64,000 nt of DNA from NCBI RefSeq assembly GCF_963921235.1, contig NC_086097.1, positions 159,590,001-159,654,000 of the forward strand. Direction: 5' to 3'. Within the stretch, counting starts at the first letter, position 1; each line of letters starts with the position of its first letter. Below are positions 25,955-36,924 of the stretch, piece after piece. A program made the position numbers and the translations under genes. Origin of the DNA: Mobula hypostoma. Its lineage: Eukaryota. Under the pieces are notes generated by a model. That model was not told where the DNA came from. It did not search any database and worked only from the letters and a program-made list of their open reading frames with translations.

Positions 25955-26300
25955 TGTATAAGATGTGGGTGTCGCCAGCTAAGCCATTATTTATTGCCAT
26001 CCCTAGTTGCCCTTGAGAAGGTCGTGATGAGCTGCCTTCTTGAACCACTGCAGTCCCTGAGAGGCAGGTACACCCACAGTACTCTTGGGGAGGGAACTCC
26101 ATGATTTTGACCCAGCAATAATGAAGGAATGTTGATATGTTTCCAAGTCAGGATGGTGAGTGACTTGGAGGGGGATTTCCAAGTGGTGGTGTTCCTAGGT
26201 ATCTGCTGTTCTCGTCCTTCTAGATGGTAGTGGGTGTGGGTCTGGAAGGTGCTGCCTTGGGAACTTTGGTGTGTTGTTGCAGTGCATCTTGTAGATACTT
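25955..26300 (-). mobile_element. 3' end of a CR1/L2-group LINE
   Basis: C-terminal LINE-like 'TILTWK' and 'GSKSW.SLP' segments are followed by a 3' UTR, embedded among degenerate CR1 pieces (25400-26750). Confidence 0.55.
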
Positions 26301-26751
26301 GATAGCTATAAGATACCTTGTTAAACAGTTTACGTAAAGAAATATTGTTGATGCCTTTATTAAAAGGGTCTATAGTGTTCTTCCTATAGTGTGGTGACAG
26401 GAAGGGTATGAAGTATTCCTGCCAAGGCTTTATAAATACTTCCAAAATTCATCACCTCATATTTGTCGGGATTAAACTTCATTTGACATTTTCAGTTATT
26501 TCACCAAAGCATCAATAGGTTTCTTCAACCTAAAAATTGCCTTCCACTAGACCAACAACTTCATCAATATTTATGTCATCTGCAAACTTTCTGATCATGT
26601 CTCCCTCATCTGCAACCAGCCATCTACATTTAATACAAACAGCAAGGGTTCCAGTCCTGTTCATGGTGGGACCCTGCTAGTTACAGGTATCCAATTACAA
26701 AAGCACTTTCACTCTCTGTCTCTTATTGCCGAGGCAATTTAGGATCCATAA

Positions 26752-27517
26752 AACCATAAGAGACATGAGCAGGAGTAGGCCTTTCGGCCCATCGAGTCTG
26801 CTCCGCCATTCAATTATGGGCTGATCCAATTCTTCCAGTCAGCCCCACTCCCCTACCTTCTCCCCATACCCTTTGATGCCCTGGCTAATCAAGAACCGAA
26901 CTAAACAAAGGCATCCATTAGTCTTGTGAGACCATGGATCTGCACCTGGAAAGTCTTCACTCTCCAAGACGCAGGCCTGGGCAAGGTTGTATGGAAGACC
27001 AGCAGTTGCCCATGTTGCAAGTCTCCCTTCTCCACAAAACCAATGTTGTCCAAGGGAAGGGCATTAGGACCCATACAGCTTGGCACCAGTGTAGTCACAG
27101 AGCAATGTGTGATTAAGTGCCTTGCTCACGGACACAACACATTCCCTCGGCTGGGGCTCAAACTCACGACCTTCAGGTAGCTAGTCCAATGCCTTAACCA
27201 CTTGACCACGTGCTCACACAAACTATCTCTGAACTATTTCTGCCTTAAATGCACCCAATGACATGGCCTCCACAGCTGCTCGTGGCAACAAATTCTACAG
27301 CTTACCACCCTCTGACTAAAATAATTTCTTTGTATCTCTGTTCTAAATGGACATCCTTCAATCCTGAAGTCATGCCCTCTTGTCCTAGACTCCCCTACAT
27401 GGGAAATAACTTTGCCGTATCTAATCTGTTCAGAATGTTTAACATTTAACTTTTGACATTCAGAATGTTTCTATGAGATTCTCCCTTGCCCCCCATTCTC
27501 CTGAACTCTAGAGAATA
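26752..27517 (-). mobile_element. CR1 3' end interrupted by a SINE
   Basis: Homologous to 20116-20530. It resumes after the SINE at about 27221. Confidence 0.75.
26908..27215 (-). mobile_element. tRNA-headed SINE with CORE-like middle, copy 1
   Basis: Minus-strand A box TGGTCAAGTGG and a B-box-like GAGTTTGAGCC. CORE-like 'gtgtccgtgagcaaggcacttaa'. Closely similar to 42314-42621. Confidence 0.85.
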
Positions 27518-28249
27518 CATAGAAACATAGAAGACCTACAGCACAATATTTAGTTTAATTGCATCAAATAAGGATGTGCTAAAGGCAGTTGTAATATGAA
27601 CTCTGAGCAAAGCAATGTAAAGTAAAACAAAATGAAGTAATACAATATATACTTAAACAACCAACGTCTATAAATTGCAGCTATTAAGTAGCACTTCTGT
27701 ATCGATCTGCTATTTCCTCATGTTCCATCTCTGGCGTTAATATGGATTAGATCCGGTATTGAACCCATAGTGGAACTAATTGACAATGAAATATTACACT
27801 ACAAGACTCAGTGCGCTTTTGAATATAGGCCAATATTATTTGCAGCAAATTTTTAATGGCAAAATTAAAACTCAAAAACATTAAATTTTGCTTTCAGACA
27901 GTATTTCATTATTTGGGTAGAATTGTTGACAAGTGATTATTTTGTGTGAGTAAAATGAGTTTGTCCAAATTAATAACATGCTTATTGGAAATACAGACAG
28001 GATAATCAATGAAGACAATTTAAAGGAGTAGAAATAAAGTTATTTTCCTCAGTTAGTGTCTATTTGTTTATGTGCTATTTTATTAATAAATAACTTAGCT
28101 AACTATAATGCAAAAAGATTAATGTTTAAATCAGTGATGCTGGCTGAGAGGGGCTGGTAAAGCACTAATAATCACAGCTAATCTGGAGATGTAAATAGAA
28201 GAGATGAATAAGAACAAAGACAAGAGAAAATACATTAGAAATGTGAGAC

Positions 28250-28860
28250 TAGTATATTGGTTTATTATTGTCCCATGTATCGAGGTACAGTGAAAAAAAT
28301 GTCTTGCATACTATCCATACAGAACAACTGATTACAACAGTGCATTGAGGTAGTACAAGGTAAAACAATAAGAATTGAAATGCTACAGTTAAGGAGAAAG
28401 TGCAGTGCAAGCAGATAATAAGGTGCGAGTTCATAATGGTGATTCAGCATCAGCACCAGACTTCAAGGCGAATGGTCCTGGGTTCGAATCTGGCTGAGTG
28501 CTCGCATGCTTTCCATCTGGGCTTCATTGAGTGCTGAGCTAGCAGCTCAGCCTTGTAAACAAAAAACAGACAAATGCTATAAAAACAGCAACATCGGATG
28601 TGCCACAAGGCACGGAGGGGAACAACACCTAATGCGATAGATTGTGATGTCAAGAGTTCATCTTATCTTTCTAGGTAATCGCTCAATAGTCTTACAACAG
28701 TGGGATAGAAGCTGTCCTTGAACTTGGTGGTAGGTACTCTCAGGCTTTTGTATCTGATGCTTAATGGGAGTGGTGAAAAGAGAGAATGTCTTCTTGAGAT
28801 CTTTGATTATACTGGCAGCTTCACTGTGGCAGCAAGAAGTGTACACAGAGTCCATGAAGG
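28250..28860 (-). mobile_element. Rex1/Babar 3' fragment containing a nested SINE
   Basis: 'MDSVYTSCC..EAASIIKD' plus a 3' UTR ending 'gacaataataaacc'. Confidence 0.7.
28439..28629 (+). mobile_element. tRNA-derived SINE
   Basis: B box GGTTCGAATC at about 28481-28490. Flanked by TAATG on both sides (candidate TSD). Confidence 0.65.
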
Positions 28861-28879
28861 ATTTCCCTTGCCTTCCTCT

Positions 28880-29110
28880 TGTTTACTGCTTCTCAAATTA
28901 TTTCCATAATCCACCCTTCACCCACCTACTTTCCTTCCCCTCAACCTGGATTTATCTATCACCCACCAGCTTTTGCCCTTCTCCTCCTCCACTCCTTAAA
29001 TTCTTGCTTCTGCCCACTTCTTTTCAGGTCCCGATGAAGGGTTTTGGCTTGAAATGTTGACCCTTCATTTCCCTCCATAGATGCTCTGTGACCTGTTTAG
29101 TTCCCTCCAA
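28880..29110 (+). mobile_element. Penelope-like terminal region with mutated hammerhead
   Basis: A pyrimidine-rich tract is followed by GGTC-CCGATGA-AGGG..GAAA-TGTT-GACC (29027-29062). Confidence 0.7.
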
Positions 29111-29435
29111 TGCTTCCAATGCATCGGCAAGTTCGCGGCGCTTGGAGGTTCATGACAGGGAGAGTTTCTCCCTTCTACCATCTGCGTGAGATGATGGGGC
29201 TATCGGGACTTTGAGACTTTTTTTTTACCATGCCCATGGTCTGCTCTATATCAAATTACAGTATTGCTTTGCACTGTTGTAACTATATGTTATAATTATG
29301 TGGTTTTGTCAGTTTTAGTCTTTGTTTGTCCTGTGTTTCTGTGATATCTTTCTGGAGGAACATCGTATCATTTTGTAATGCATGCATTTCTAAATGACAA
29401 TGAACGAGGACTGAGTATCCTCATAATCTAATCTA
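29111..29435 (+). mobile_element. 5'-truncated copy of the non-autonomous retroposon at 38636-39317
   Basis: Colinear with 38985-39317 and has the same (AATCT)n tail. Confidence 0.9.
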
Positions 29436-31324
29436 AAACTAAAGCTGATATGATGTATTGAACTTTGAGGATACCAGCAATGTACAGGAATAACTTGGAT
29501 AGAGTTGTAGCTAGTTCTGGAGTACATATCTTCAGTATTACAGCTGTAGTATTGCCTCGTGCCATAGTCATTACTATGTCTAGTACTTTTTGCCACTTCT
29601 TGTTTTACCATGGAATGAATAGAATTGGTGAAAGACTGCTTTATGAGGATTGCAGGGGGAAGTATGTTCAGAGACATTTCTTGATTGCAATCGTATTGAT
29701 GCCAGAGAACCTTGTGATAGGTTTAAGAGAAAACTATTATATTCAGTTGCAAACCACATGTTTATTTGCTACTTATGCAGTAACCATTTAAAGCAGAATA
29801 TTGAAATTAATCCAGAAACAATTTATGATTATAATCTGGATTTAGTTAATGTAAGTTACGACTAATTGAGAGAATCAGCCTGATGCACTTCTCTGAAATC
29901 TGAAACAAGCTGAAGGAAATTGTAAACTTGTAATAGGGAGGGGAAAAAAGTCATGAATTTGCAGGTACAACAGCCAAAATATTCAATTGACCTGATAAGC
30001 AGCCTCAGAACCCATAGGGAAACAAGTCATCCTCAATTCTGAGGGCGGCTTAAGAAAAAGAGACAATCCAATTTAACCCTCTTTGCCTTTGGCCAGAATG
30101 CTTTTCCATGGAGATCACTGTGCAACCACTTAAAGTAGGAGAAACAACAAAACAAAATGAAGAATCTCTGTAGAAAATGCTTCAATTACTTTCATTGCCT
30201 CCTCCTTACTTTTTCACATTTCAAATTGATTGCCTGCTGCATTCAGAGTTTGGTCCTTTGTTTTATTTCCATAATCAAATAATTGCTGCATTAGACATGC
30301 AATTGGGACTGTAAATGATCAATGCACTTTATAATCTCTGGAACTGTGCTGCTCAAATTTTTAATATAGATTTCATAAAGATATGCAAATGAGGTTTCCT
30401 TTTTTTTAATTTAGTGGTAACACAACAAGCCAAAAGCTATGCCAGGCTATCTGGACAATTATCTGTGATAAATTCCATGGTCCAACTCAGTGGTTGGTTG
30501 TTAAAAAGGATTCAGTTAAATAGAAGATTACAAATTACAAATTTGCTTACTTGACTTGTGGCCTTCACTTTGTTGCCTCATTGATCCACCTTCCAGTTCT
30601 CTGTATACTCATTATAAAGGCAATAAACCTTTGCAATTTTCTAAGATAGCCCTTTAGGTGCAGTGTTCTCTTAACTTGTATAATACTCATTACAGAGTAT
30701 CAATTTTTGAAAGGATATTTAATTTTTAATCAACATTTCTTCATCCATTAAAGTGAATTAGTAAAACTGCATTAACTTTAATGTAACAAATTCACTGAAC
30801 TAAAACTTGATTGGATCGGATAAAGGTATTGAACTAAATATTCAAATTCTACACCTTGATAATTCTTCTCTCATTGAATTTTACCAGCACAAGGGACAAG
30901 AACAAAATCAGTTATAACATGGTCCCAGTGGACTCAGTTCAGTATCACTATATTGTCTTTAATTCTCTATAGCCTGTCCCTCTTTAACAATATCATTTAT
31001 AATTAAATAATGGATGGATGGTTGAAATGGGAAGTGTAAGAACGTCTCTGAGGAATGGTGGATGATAATTCTTAAGACATTTGATGAGATGTATTCTCAT
31101 AGTTTAAGTCCTTACTTGGGCCAGCTTTGACCTAACCTAAGAATCCTGGTACTATCCAAAAAATACGATATTCAATTGCTTTGATCATATGAAAGTTGAA
31201 AGAAAAAATGACATAGAACTTCAAGCCTTCATTCCTTACCTGAAAAAGAATTATAAAGTTAAATATTTGCTACCTGAATGAAATTCAGTTAGACCCTTAA
31301 ATGAGCACATTGTGGTTCTAGAGT

Positions 31325-31480
31325 AACACAAAAAATGCTAGAGAAACTCAGCAGGTCAGGCAGCATCTATGACAAGAAATGGATAGTTGACATTTTGGGA
31401 CTTGAAACATCATCTGTCTAGTTCACTCCTTAGAATCTGACTGACCTTCTGAGTTCCTCCTACATCTGGGGTGTCGCTCC
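31325..31480. repeat. Inverted pair of Penelope-like tails (degenerate)
   Basis: 'actcagcaggtcaggcagcatct' and, downstream, a decayed reverse complement 'gactgaccttctgagtt'. Confidence 0.6.
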
Positions 31481-31609
31481 ATCTTGTGTCTGTAGTGTGT
31501 TTGTCTCCATCTTTTGTTTCTAGCTATAAATTAATCTAGCTCAGACCTGACTAGTAGATACCAAATTGCCCACTGCATAGACTTTCCCAGGGGTGGAGAT
31601 CAGTATTAA

Positions 31610-32010
31610 CAAGTATTAAGGGAGCTAGGGCTTTACTCTTTGGAGAGAAGGAGGATACGAGGAGACATGATGGAAGTGTACAGGATATTAAGAGGAATAG
31701 ATAGAGCCAGCGCCTCTTCCCCAGGGCACCACTGCTCAATACAAGAGGACATGGCTTTAAGGTAAGGGGTGGGAAGTTCAAGGGGGATATTAGAGGAACG
31801 TTTTTTACTCAGAGAGTGGTTGGTGCGTGGAATGCACTGCCTGAGTCAGTGGTGGAGGCAGATACACTAGTGAAATTTAAGAGACTACTAGACAGGTATA
31901 TTGAGGAATTTAAGGCGGGGGTTTATATGGGATGCAGGGTTTGAGGGTCGGCGCAACACTGTGGGCAGAAGGGCCTGTACTGTGCTGTACTGTTTTATGT
32001 TCTATGTTCA
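31610..32010 (+). mobile_element. CR1 LINE 3' end
   Basis: 'agaggacatggctttaagg', 'tttttactcagagagtggt', and a (TGTTCTA)-type tail. Confidence 0.85.
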
Positions 32011-33109
32011 AGTCAATGTGATTCACACAATGTTACAGTATCCAAGATATCTCCATGATTACAGTGCTGGTGGCTTTGAGTTTTAATTGTACCTTTGCAA
32101 CACAGGCAAGGAGTGATTAGTTTCACCATGAGGGATCACACACTTGTTGCAGCTTTTTTTGATTATCACTGATTGCAAAGTTCTAAGAAGGAATGCATTG
32201 TGGATGCGTGTAATTCAATTTCTTCTGCCATTTAGAGGCTTGGATGTGGCAGGGGTGATGAATGATAAAGTTCTTAAACCCTTGTTCAATGCAAGGAAAA
32301 TGGCTATGAGCTATTTGTTACCCTTTCTGACCTCAGAATCCTCAGAGGAACTTTATGGCGAAGGAAAATCTACAATCTGTGCTGACAGCAGCAGAGTAGA
32401 AAAAGCGGAAGTTAGATTGAACACAAGCAAATCCCTCAAGCACAAAGTTAGTGTGACAAGATAATACATGTCTGTTTATTCTTGGTGTGGTTGATGGGCA
32501 GATTTTTTTTTGAGGACTCCCATGATCTGAGATATAAAGTTGTGACAGAATTAATTTATATTAGAGTTTAGAAAATTGAGGGGAACTTTCTGACTATATA
32601 AGGCCCTAAAGGGCAAGGCAGGGCATATGAGGAGCTGAATGAGGGGCATACAATAGTTACAAGATAAGGAAGTAATTCTTTAAAACTAAGGTCTATGGAA
32701 ATTTCTTTTGCAAATTCTGGTGAACCTCTGAAATTCTGTACCACAGGGGACTGTGGAGGTTACATCAATAGAATATCTATAGGGGTTATATGTAATTTTT
32801 TAAACAACCAGGGACCTAAGGTCCAGGGGAAGTTGCACAGAAGAGTTCAGGCCTATGATAAATGTATTGAATGATAGGACAGAGTTGATGGGCCAGCTGG
32901 CCTACTCCTGCTCCTATTTTCTTCCCATGGAGTCACAGAATCAGGCTGTGCAGTTCATCATATCCAAGCTATCCATTGGGTATCTGTCTGTACTAATTCT
33001 ATTTTCCAGTACTTGGTTCATTGCTTTCTATGTCTTCATGGGTCAAGTGCTCATCCAGACATTTCATGTACTTAGGTATGCTCTGCTCTTGTATTCTTGT
33101 GTTTCATTA

Positions 33110-35990
33110 AGACTATCCGACCAAAGGATATGGGAGTAGAATTAGGTCATTTCGCTCATCAAATCTGCTCTGCCATTTCATCATGGCTGATCCAATTTTC
33201 CTCTCAGCCCTCTCCTGCCTTATCCTTGCATTCCTTCAGGCCCTGACCAATCAAGAATCTGTCAACCTCTGCCTTAAATATATATAAAGAATTGGCCTCC
33301 GCAGCTACTTGTGGGAAATAATTCCACAGGTTCACCATTCCCTGGCTAAAGAAATTCCTCCTCATCTCCGTTCTAAAAGGACACACTTCTATTCAGAGGC
33401 TGTGTCCTCTGGTCTTAGACTCTCCCACCATAGGAATCATCCTGCCTGTCTGTATCTTGTTTTACGGCGGTTGGCATCCAGCTTAATAGTGCATTACCTC
33501 CACCCTCTGCTCCAGAATGTGCACTAGACATACATTCTAAATCCCTTCACCCAATCACACACACACACACACACAAACCTACACTTCACCCTCCCATCTT
33601 TGACCATCCTAGTATCCTATTCCTGTTTATTCGTCATATTCTATAAAAAACCCCTGTACCCCTTAAAAACGCTAAAAATACCCGGACTTGTGCTCTCTCA
33701 CCCATGCCCAGCAACCCTTTTAGTGTGAATTCCTGCATCCTCAACTCCCTTAATTTATTTCTCATCATCTCTCTCTGTATCCCATACTTCCTGCAACTCA
33801 GAACTACATGTTCTACTGACTCCTCTTCCTGACATTCCTCACACAATCCTGTCCGGTGTTTCCCTATCATTTTCAATGTTTTGTTTAATGCACAATGCCC
33901 CAGCCTTAACCTAGTCCACACAATTTCCTCTCTTCTGTTTCCATTACCTACCCTAGTAACTGCAACACTCTTTTGTATTTGATATAAATGCATCCCTTTC
34001 CCCTCCCTGTCCCATCTTTCTTGACTTTTCCCAGATTACACACTTAACCTCTGCTTTACTGATACTAATGTGCATTTCCACATTTTCTTTCTTTAACGCC
34101 CTCTTTGCCAACTCATCCACCCTCTCATTCCCCTTCACCCCTACATGTGCTGGAACCCATAGAAATTTTACCTGATCTCCCTGATTTGCAATTCTTGTAA
34201 CTAACTGAAGGACTTCATAAAGTACATCTTGCTGACTGTTTGTGTGAAAAGACCTTAAACTTGCTAGAACTGAGGATGAATCTGAACATATCAATGCTTT
34301 GGCTTGTCTGGCTTTCTGCACCCATTGCAACGCAACCAACACTGCCAGCATCTCCACTGTAAACACCCCTAACTTAGTAAATGTTCTTCTGCTGATTCCA
34401 ATTTCTTTTGCTGGTATTACCACCCCAAACCCTGTCACTCCTGTTTCAGGTTCCTTCGCACCATCCGTATAAATGTGAGTATAATCACTATACTTTTCCA
34501 CCACATGACAGTTTAGGAATCATCCTCTCCATATCCACTCATCAAGACCATTCATTATTCAATAGGCTTTAATGAGATCACCCCTCATTCTTCTGAATTA
34601 TAGTAAATACAGGCCCAAAGCCATCAAATATTCTTCATATGACAAGCCGTTAAATTCTGGAATCATTTTCGTGAACTTTCTTTGAACCCTCTCCAATTTC
34701 AGCACGTTCTTTCTAAGATAAGGGGCCCAAACCTGTTCATAATACTGGATGTAAGGCCTCACCAGTGCTTTGTATCATCCTTGCTTTTATATTCTAGTCC
34801 CCTTGAAATGAATGCTAACATTGCATTTGGCTTCCTCACCACAGACTCAACCTGCAAATTAACCTTTAGGAAATCCTGCACAAGGACTCGAAGTCCCTTT
34901 GCACAATCTCAGTTTTTTTTTATATTTTCTCTCCTTTTAGAAAATAGTCAACCCTTTAATTTCTTCTACCAAAATGCATGACCATACACTGTATTTCATC
35001 TGCCATTTCTTTGTCCATTCTCTTAATCTGTCTAAGTCATTCTGTCGCCTTTCTACTTCCTCAGAACTACCTGTCCCTCCACCTATCTTCACATCTTCTG
35101 CAAACGTTGAAATAATGCCATGAATTCCATCATCCAAATCATTGAGATGTAATGTAAAAAGTATCGGTCCCAACACAGACCCCTGTGGAACACCTATAGT
35201 CACTGGCAGCCAACCAGGAAAGTTTCCCTTTAGTCCCACTTTTTTGTCTCCTGCCAATCAGCCATTGCTTTATCCATGCTAGAATTTTTCCTGTAATATC
35301 ATGGGCTCTCAACTTGTTAAGCAGCCGCACATGTGGCACCTTGTCAAGGGCCTTCCGAAAATCCAAGTACACAACATCAACCAATTATCCTTTGTGTTTC
35401 CTTCATTTTATTTCTTCAAAGAATTCCAACATTTTTGTCAGGCAAGGTTTTCCCTTGAGGAAACCATGTTGGCTATGACCTATTTTACCATGACCCTCCA
35501 AGTACCCTGAGCCCTCATTCTTGATAATCAACTTCAACATCTTCCCAACCACTGAGTTTAGAGGAACTGGCCTATAGTTTCTTTTCTTCTTCCACTCTCC
35601 CTGCTTGAAGAGTGGAGTGACATTTGCAATTTTCCAGTCCTCTGGAACCGTTCCAGAATCTAGTGATTCTTGAAAGATCATTATTAATCCCTCCACAATC
35701 TCCTCAGCCACATCTTTCAGAACTCTGAGTGTACAGCATCTGGTCCAGGTAACTTATCTACCTTCAAACCTTTCAGTTTCCCAAGAACCTTCTCTTCAGT
35801 TATGGAAACTTCACACACTTGATGTCATTGACACCCGGAACCTTCACCATACAGCACATGTGAACACTGATACAAAATACTTATTCAGTTCATTCACCAT
35901 TTTGTTGTACCCCATTGCTACTTCTCCAGCATCATTTTCCAGTGATCTGATATCCACTCTTGCCTGTCTTTTACACTTTTACACTTCATA
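33110..35990 (-). mobile_element. 5'-truncated CR1 LINE, interrupted at 33444-34513
   Basis: ORF fragments 'PEDWKIANVTPLFK', 'NYRPV', 'SQHGF', 'YLDFRKALDKVPH' and 'GVPQGSVLGP'. Confidence 0.9.
33444..34513 (-). mobile_element. 5'-truncated I-group (Nimb-like) LINE with RNase H and C-terminal Cys-His motif
   Basis: 'IYTDGAK', 'EMLAV', 'SDS', 'WVPAHVGVKGNERVDELAK' (RNase H) and 'RLRLGH...CEEC...EHVVLSC'. Perfect 13-bp TSD TAGGAATCATCCT at 33431-33443 and 34514-34526. Confidence 0.88.
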
Positions 35991-36924
35991 TATCTGATAT
36001 CTTTATGTAATATGCATGCTGGTCCTAATACCTGACCATTTTATCTGTTACCCCTCTGAACCTGACCTCACCAGTGTGTTGTAGACTAGAGTTTCAATGT
36101 GTACCTTCAGGGGTAGAGTGGAATCCAATCAATGGCTCTTTGTCATATCTGTCTCACCATGACTCATTATGTTCCCTGCATTTTTGGCCATACATCTTGG
36201 AGCTTGGATTTATTTTTTTAAATGATGACTGCTTTAGGATAAGTAAATTAATATATGTTTTTGCTATAATGGTATGTTAACAGTTTAAAATTCATATTCA
36301 CGACAATATTTTATGTCTCTGTGCTAGTCACATTAATTAGGAAGCATGTCAGAATTTTTTCCTTTAGTTATTTTGAGTTATTTCAATAAACCTTGAACCT
36401 AGCCAATAAAACAGCCTCTTGTTCTGTACGATTCTGCATTGTTATGTAAGAGTAGGAGACAGGAATCAATAGTTTTTCTTTTGCCTCAGGTTATTTCAAG
36501 GCATTACCTTATCTTCAAACCCCAGGGAGGTCAGTGAAGTTTGGTATTATGTGATATGTTTACAGTCTAATTTTATGTTAACCAGAATTAAAATTTCTCT
36601 CTTCCTTCCTATCTCACTGCTCTCACTTTTCTCTTATTCTACCTCTTTTTATTACTATATATCTTTTGTATCAGAAACTTTCTTCGTGTCTTATTTAAAA
36701 AAGTGATATTATTCATAAATCAAAACTGTATGCAATTTCCTGCACCATTAATGGATAAAGAATCAGACAGGTGATTTGGGACTTTCTTGCTGAATTTTGA
36801 AGTCATGATTCAAGATATTTTCAAAGAAAATATGGGCCTCAGAATACAATTTGATGTTATGACTCCATTAATAAATAGCAGTTTATAGTTAGTGTGGTTC
36901 ACTCTGTACTATTACATGTTGAAA

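Noticed and set aside
32337..32447. Candidate exon 'ESSEELYGEGKST...' within ORF 32144-32464
   Set aside because: No recognisable protein, and the 3' part resembles a decayed SINE remnant.
36490..36529. 40-bp segment with a strong acceptor and GTCAGT donor; similar 21-nt candidates at 52503 and 62203
   Set aside because: Too short to identify, and such pairs are expected by chance in AT-rich DNA. RNA-seq would be needed.
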